This document shows positions 57,749 through 64,000 of a stretch of DNA of 64,000 nucleotides, in pieces. Below the pieces are notes generated by a model, which was not told the origin of the DNA, searched no databases, and was given only the letters and a program-made list of their open reading frames with translations. The position numbers and the translations under genes are program-made. The DNA is from Podarcis filfolensis (lineage: Eukaryota): the NCBI GenBank assembly GCA_964270895.1, contig OZ185435.1, one strand, 5' to 3'. Each line of letters begins with the position of its first letter. Positions within the stretch are counted from its first letter, which is position 1.

Positions 57749-59124
57749 GTAAGTTGCTTTTGTCCTTTTAAATGCATGGTTGCATCACTAGACTACTTCA
57801 CTTAAACTCTGAAGTCTTGGGGGTGGCTATTTGAGGTACTGACAATCACACTATTTAAGGTTAATGACATTGCTGTATGTGTGTACTCAAATTAGCCAAA
57901 ATGGTATTTTTTCTTATTTTCAGGACAGTGAGTAAATATTTAGCAGCTTCTGTAACTACTGTTAATAGAGAATTCTGTCTTGAAGTCCACAGAATTAAAA
58001 GCAAAAGGAAGTGGCTGTAAGACGGAAGCTGAAATTACAAAGCCACGCTTTTTTTAATACATGTGTGACTTGCTGGCTATATGGTTCTAACAACCACCCC
58101 ATAAAAGATAAAAGTAGGATTTTGCACCTCTAATGACACAGGAATATTCTGCTGTTGAAATCAACAGAACTGAAGATATTTGTGGAATTAATTCAACACT
58201 CAGTTTTGTTAACTGTGCTGTTTTTTATTTATTTTCAACAATAACCACTTCGCATTTTCAGTAGCAAATGTGTTTCTGCATGGTTGGCACCTGTTGCAGG
58301 GTGAATACTACAATTTGAAGTTGAGGCCCACATTTGTCAACACAAAATGGACACACACGTAACTTCTTGTTGCAAGTCAGTTATCCCTATAGACAGTGCT
58401 TTTTTCTGGGGGGACGCATACCCCTAAACATATTGTGAATCTAAGTTTGGCCTCATTGAGGGGCAGTATTTCAATATGAGTAGGAAAATGAGAGTACCCC
58501 TAAACTTTTTTTAAAAAGAAAAAAAGCACTGCCTTTAGATGTGCCTTTGAGCTTTAGTGTGTAATGTCAAAGAGATGGGCATACTTTGAATAAATCAACA
58601 AGCAAGGGCTATAGCAGATAATTATATGCCATATCAAATGTATATACAAATGTGTGTGTTTCAAGTATAGCTCTTCATCAACGCAAAATCTAATGTAAAC
58701 CCTCAATATTCAATCCCCCAGTGGAATATCATTTCATAACCTAATTGGTTTGCTAGAGGATGTTGCTCTAGTTCTAATATTAAAAGATTACATCGGTACT
58801 TGGCCTTTGTAAAGAGCTGTACTTGAAAAACATGACACTTGCATAATTTGAGTATACTTTTTGAAAGCACACCAGTGGCTTGTTCTTCTGTGATCTTATT
58901 TGAAACAAGAATTTCAAAATGAAATATTTTCCAAAAGCCATTCTCATCTGTTTCCTGCTAAACATTTTTTAATTGCCCTGTGAGTTATTAAATGGAAGGC
59001 TAGTATGGACAATTTAATGCACAAACAAATAATAAAATTAATGAAGCATATAATGGTGGGCACTGTCATAATTCTTCAGCCCACATAATTCTAACAAGAA
59101 CTATTTCTCTTCCCTGTTCCAAAG

Positions 59125-59327
59125 CTGTGGATGAAGCTGTGCGAATCATTACTGGGGGACTGCCAGACTTAACAATGGAAGGGAATGGACCTTTGGAAAA
59201 TAATGCCCTTCTTAATAAATCTGTAAAAAGACCAAATGAAGATTCAGATGACGATGAAGAAAAAGGATCAGTGGTTCCTCCAATTCACGACATTTACAGA
59301 GCACGACAGCAAAAGCGAATCCGATGA
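59125..59327 (+). CDS. CSTF3: CSTF3 exon 21 coding part ([10 protein letters not shown]...RARQQKRIR*)
   Basis: ccaaag acceptor and the C-terminal CstF-77 sequence ending in TGA. Confidence 0.97.
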
Positions 59328-59662
59328 GACATGTTGCAGTCGCAATGATGAAGACTAAAAGACTTGTAACAATTGTTTTCCTTCTACAAAATCAAATGTT
59401 TAAAAGGGATTGAAGTTTCTAACAAGCATCTTGCAACTGAGGTTGTTTTATTACTGTGGTGCCTCTTTTTTACCAGCTGATTCTTCATCAGAAAAGAAAA
59501 GGGCAGGTGAATTTTACAACAAGCAAATTTGAGCTCCAGGTTTTGAACACAATTTGTGCAGAATGTCTGAATTGCATTTGGTTGCTCTTCACATGTGTAT
59601 CCCCATCTTACCACTTGAAATCTTGCAGGGGTCCTGACAGTTTTATTTTAAAAACTGGATAG

Positions 59663-60484
59663 CATAAAAATTGTGAAATATTTTAAATTCACACCTCTGG
59701 AAAACGAAGTTGTTTTCAGTTTGCTCATTTAGTGTCTGTCCTGCCTTATTCTTTGTTTTTATTTATGGCAGAATGAATGGAAACTGTTTTTTGTAGTTTA
59801 AAATGGAAGAACATTCCTTTCCAATAAAGGATCTCTCCATAACGTCATGCCTCATATCACTTTATTTCTAGCACATGGGGATAGAGAGGGGTGACAGCTC
59901 TTTCCTACCTTTTTGTTTGCAGTTTGTCTTTCCTTCCCCCTCCCATTGTAGGCAGTGGTGGTGGGGAGTTAAGTACACCAAGCTCCAGGATTCCTCCTGT
60001 GGAGAAGGCAAAGGAACAAGGGAACCCAAAATTCCCCACACCACTGACAGAACTTGCCCAAGATGTACCAGACAGCCTCTGACAACCTGGGTACAGTTGC
60101 TTTGCTGGGGCTCCCTTCTGGATACTGGCGTACCCCTCGCAGCTGGCCTTCTAACAGCTTTTTTAACTTTAATTAGAGTGCAATTTATTATTCAGAAAAT
60201 TCATATCTGAACATACATGACAGACTAAAAGCAAATGTCCAGGAATGTCATTATTTCATGTTATAAATATTAGTAGTGGCTGATCTGCAGCAAGAGCCCT
60301 CTTTACATCTGATTCAGCTAAGAGCTGAGCCTTCATGACAGCACTGTAGTCATGGCAAATTTTATTATATGCTTTCCTTGGGTAGCTTCCATGAATTAAA
60401 ATGCAGTATATGGGTTTGCCTCCTTCTAAAAGGCTATTTGTTATACTGGTCTTAAATAAAATTCTCAGTGCAGTCTACAATAAA
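59663..60484 (+). terminator. Candidate 3'-most polyadenylation signals of CSTF3 (CATAAA 59663; AATAAA 59823, 60455, 60479)
   Basis: Hexamers downstream of the stop codon, with U/GU-rich tracts after several of them. Which site is used cannot be determined from sequence. Confidence 0.5.
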
Positions 60485-61161
60485 ATCTACAGTAAACGAA
60501 AAAGAAAATTAGGTAAATCATTATTTCGTTTGCCTGTGGACCAATTTCCTTGTTTTTGAAGGCTTGGCCATTTTTTAAAACATGGCAACAGTGATGTTGC
60601 TCCTAAGAAGCAATATTATTGAAACAAAGCACCCACGGTTGTTGTGATTTAGCTATAGTGGACCCCTAAATGTTTTCTCAAACTGAGAATATACTGCCTT
60701 TCTAGCAAGGTACCCAAAGCCTTCTACAGTTTTAAAAACTGTCTTGGGGAGAATGGTTGTAATCCAGACAACCATGTCAGCAAGAACCGGTTTAATTCTA
60801 CCGCGTGGCAATTAACACCCTGAGACAAACTGCTGCATTCAGAATGCTGCAAGCAGTTGATCTTTACAAATTCCAGCTAGACCTGAACTGATCTGAATGA
60901 ACCATTCTAAGGTACGTTCTGAAGCTTAGTTATCCACCAGCTTCTTATCTTCTCAAAAAAAGTATTAAAATATATTTAAATGGAATTTTATACTGGAATT
61001 TCTAAAAGTGTAATTAATGCAGAAATGGGATGAAATTATGGGGATACACATACTGGGAATTATTGCAAGGTCACAGAACACTACCTATCCTTCTACAGGT
61101 CCTTAGACATCCAGGGGCCAGTAATAGCCAACACACCGGTGTGCTCTTGAGGTTACAAATA

Positions 61162-61385
61162 CAGTGGTACCTCAGGGTTACAAACTTCATTCGTTCTGGA
61201 GGTCCGTCCTTAACCCGAAACCATTCTTAACCTGAGGTGCACTTTTGCTAATAGGGCCTCCCGCTGATGCCACGCCACCAGCACACTTTCCGTTCTCATC
61301 CTGGGGCAAAGTTCTTAACCCGAGATACTACTTCCAGGTTAGCAGAGTTTGTAACATGAAGTGTTTGTAACCCGAGGTACCACTG
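61162..61385 (+). mobile_element. Tc1/mariner-type MITE (CAGTGGTACCT family)
   Basis: TIRs and TA flanks. Confidence 0.9.
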
Positions 61386-62736
61386 TAACCTCCTCCTTAT
61401 GTGGCAAGTGGCACTGCTTCTCGAGTAATCTACTAGCTAAAATAACTCAATGGCAATAACACATACACAGTAACAGATGGCATGGGGGAGTCCACATCAC
61501 TCACCTGCTTCTGGTTGTGTCACTGCTGCATACCAGGACAGAGGGACAAGGCAGAGGTCTCTCTTATCTCACTGTCCCCTCAAATCTCTTTGTACCAGTA
61601 TGCAGCGGCACTGCAACAGAAGGTGAGCACTGCAGTCCAACCAACCCATCCACTGCTCCGCATACCCAGCAGTTCTTGTAGAATTGCACTTTAAGCTATA
61701 GCTCTTTCTTCCAGGACTTGAACACATACATGGATATTAAGGGGAAATTAAAAAGATAAAATACTTGCCTGCAACAAGTAATGAAAGGCGCAAAAACTGC
61801 ATACAGACCAGAAAGAAGAATGGCGGGCAATCGCTGTTTATCTGTAACTGCAATATGTAAAGTACACACAAAAATTTATCACAGATGAGTTACAGTCTCA
61901 CGTTAGTGGTGCATAGATGAAGTAAACAGCAGCAACATAAAACACATAAGAAAAACAGTAACAATATCACATTAACAGCTTCAAGGAAATACAAGTCAGA
62001 CAATATTAGAATACTGAATTTCCACCTTTACCATCCCCACCCCTTTCCAACTTATTGTTGCAAATTATCAAGCAGCACTTTTTTCTTTAAATGGTCAGAT
62101 GTGTAGGAAGCTAAGCCTAAAGGAACAATTTGACTAATATAACCGAGGAATAATTATTTTACTTTGGCAATTCTAGACCCGAGAGGTACAACCCAGCCAA
62201 AGTTAAGCACAGTGAAGTCTATATCAATGGGAGAGATGACTGTTTTTTGTTGGGTTGTGGTCAGTGTTGTTCCATGTGAAGAACACTGATTTGATACTTT
62301 GTGGTAGTCCAGGGTATCTTATCTACTCATCTATCTCCTGAGTTGGAGTGAGCTGCGCCAGGTTTAGGCCTCACCAGTGTGACAAACACCTTGGGAAGGA
62401 GGAGGAGATCTAGGCATTCCTTAATCTGTCCTGCCTTTACTGCAAGCTGTACATGTCTTTGCTTTCTGCTTCTATGTCCTTCTATTCTGACTTTCTTCAG
62501 GCTTGTTTGTTGTTTTCATTTGAGTCAGGCAGCCTGGGGTAAACAATGGATTAAGGGCCTTGGACCAGGAGGTGGGGTGGTAATGGCTTCCCTCCTTGCT
62601 TGGGGACCATCTTGACTGTGAGTCCTGGAAGACCTGCTACTCAGGATACTTACAAATTCTTGTCGTGGGGTTCAGGATTTTTTGTTGGGGGGGTCAAGAT
62701 TTAATTTTTGAGATATTGATTTTGCTGTTTTTGATA

Positions 62737-62968
62737 CAGTGGTACCTCTGGTTAAGAACTTAATTTGATCCAGAGGTCCGTTCTTAACCTGAAACAGTTC
62801 TTGAGGTACCACTTTAGCTAATGGGGCCTCCCGCTGCCGCCACCGCCGCACAATTTCTGTTCTCATCCTGAATCAAAGTTCTTAACCCAAGGTACTATTT
62901 CTGGGTTAGAGGAGTCTGTAACCTGAAGCGTATGTAACCTGAAGCGTCTGTAACCCGAGGTACCACTG
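62737..62968 (+). mobile_element. Tc1/mariner-type MITE (CAGTGGTACCT family)
   Basis: TIRs and TA flanks, near-identical core to 51572. Confidence 0.9.
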
Positions 62969-64000
62969 TACTGATTTTTTTTTTTTTGTATCTTTTGATC
63001 ATGTTGTGTACATTTTATTTATCACTCATGGCTACTTTTGTTATGTTTGCAGTTATGTAATTATTTTCATGTAAACTGCTTTGAGAATGGTTTTAACTAT
63101 GGATAGGCAGCATACAAATAAACAATGATAATGATAAATCTAGTTGAAGAGCTGTCTGCACCTCTCACAGGTGTGACCAAGTTACCTGACCCAAAGCCAG
63201 TGACTAAATATAGTCCAGTTCCTGCTCCATTTACATCTGTGACCAAGGATGAGTGGAACTCTCTGCTGAAGTACAAAAAATGTGCTTGTTTTGGCTAACA
63301 AGTTTTATGTTCTACAACTTGACATTACAGAACTGTTGAAAGTACCTTCCTGTTGCTAATCTACTCTGCCACACTTTACACCTGAAAGATGGTCAAGCAC
63401 AATTTGGAGATGCCACTGAGACATGCCTAGATTTCACCCTGTGCACCTGAGCTCCAAAAAACAACTGGTTCATCTAGGCACACTTCTGGACACAGTAAGA
63501 GGGTTTATCCCCTCAGCACTGGACAGAGTAATCTGAATTAAAGCAGCCACCAGAAGTCCCTTAACAGCAAAAAAAGTGGTCATTACGCAGCTGTCCCATG
63601 CCTTTGGGTGTGCATATCAGTATCACAAGCACCACCTTGGGCAAAGCTCCATGCCAAGCCATCACAGTGGGTGCTACTGCCTTAGAAGCACTCACCAGTG
63701 ACTGGTGACAGCAGGAAGACAGCATCACATCATGATTCCACATCATCTCTGCCTGGCCACATGCTGGTGGACAAATAGCCACAACTTACGTAAAGGCACT
63801 CCCCTTGGAAGATCCAACTTGAGCCATCATCACATTGGATGACAGCCTGCTGGGCTGGGTCTCTGTCAACATCTTTCAATTCAGGCCCTGTGGTCTCCTG
63901 TGAAGGTAGCCTATTTTGGGGTGGGGGGTGTCAACTAGCTCAAACTCACAGCAGCCTACCTGGTGATTCAGCACATCTCCCCTCAGTTTTGCCTTAGTCA

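Larger units (their letters stand above)
4767..59327 (+). other. CSTF3: CSTF3 gene (ATG to stop), 21 coding exons, predicted 718 aa HAT-repeat polyadenylation factor CstF-77
   Basis: Exon translations match the recalled vertebrate CstF-77 sequence from [11 protein letters not shown] to [13 protein letters not shown]. All visible junctions are GT-AG with compatible phases. Exon lengths sum to 2157 nt when a 96-nt exon 3 is assumed in the N gap. Confidence 0.98.

Noticed and set aside
60500-64000. Expected last exon of a tail-to-tail neighbour (TCP11L1 in human synteny)
   Set aside because: I recognised no matching peptide on the minus strand within the window, so it was not called.

Overview
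Vertebrate genomic DNA, most likely from a lacertid lizard (Podarcis-type Sauria SINEs, Bov-B, L2, CR1 and squamate MITEs). The window holds the whole CSTF3 (CstF-77, cleavage stimulation factor subunit 3) gene on the + strand: ATG at 4767 in a CpG-island promoter, stop at 59325-59327, 21 coding exons, predicted 718 aa. I mapped 20 exons by hand to GT-AG junctions with consistent phases. Exon 3 is not visible and is inferred to lie in the only N gap (13120-13251). The conserved intron-3 polyadenylation module that autoregulates CstF-77 follows the gap directly, ahead of a ~29.7 kb intron 3. Other signals worth checking: a possible divergent spliced transcript 5' of the promoter, a stop-first cryptic exon in intron 1, antisense exon-like signals and coding-like ORFs in intron 3, a 94-bp hairpin, a Rex1/Babar LINE fragment, and inverted MITEs around exons 5-8. 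I found no convincing new multi-gene system. The unexplained signals are candidates from reading by eye, with no database search.
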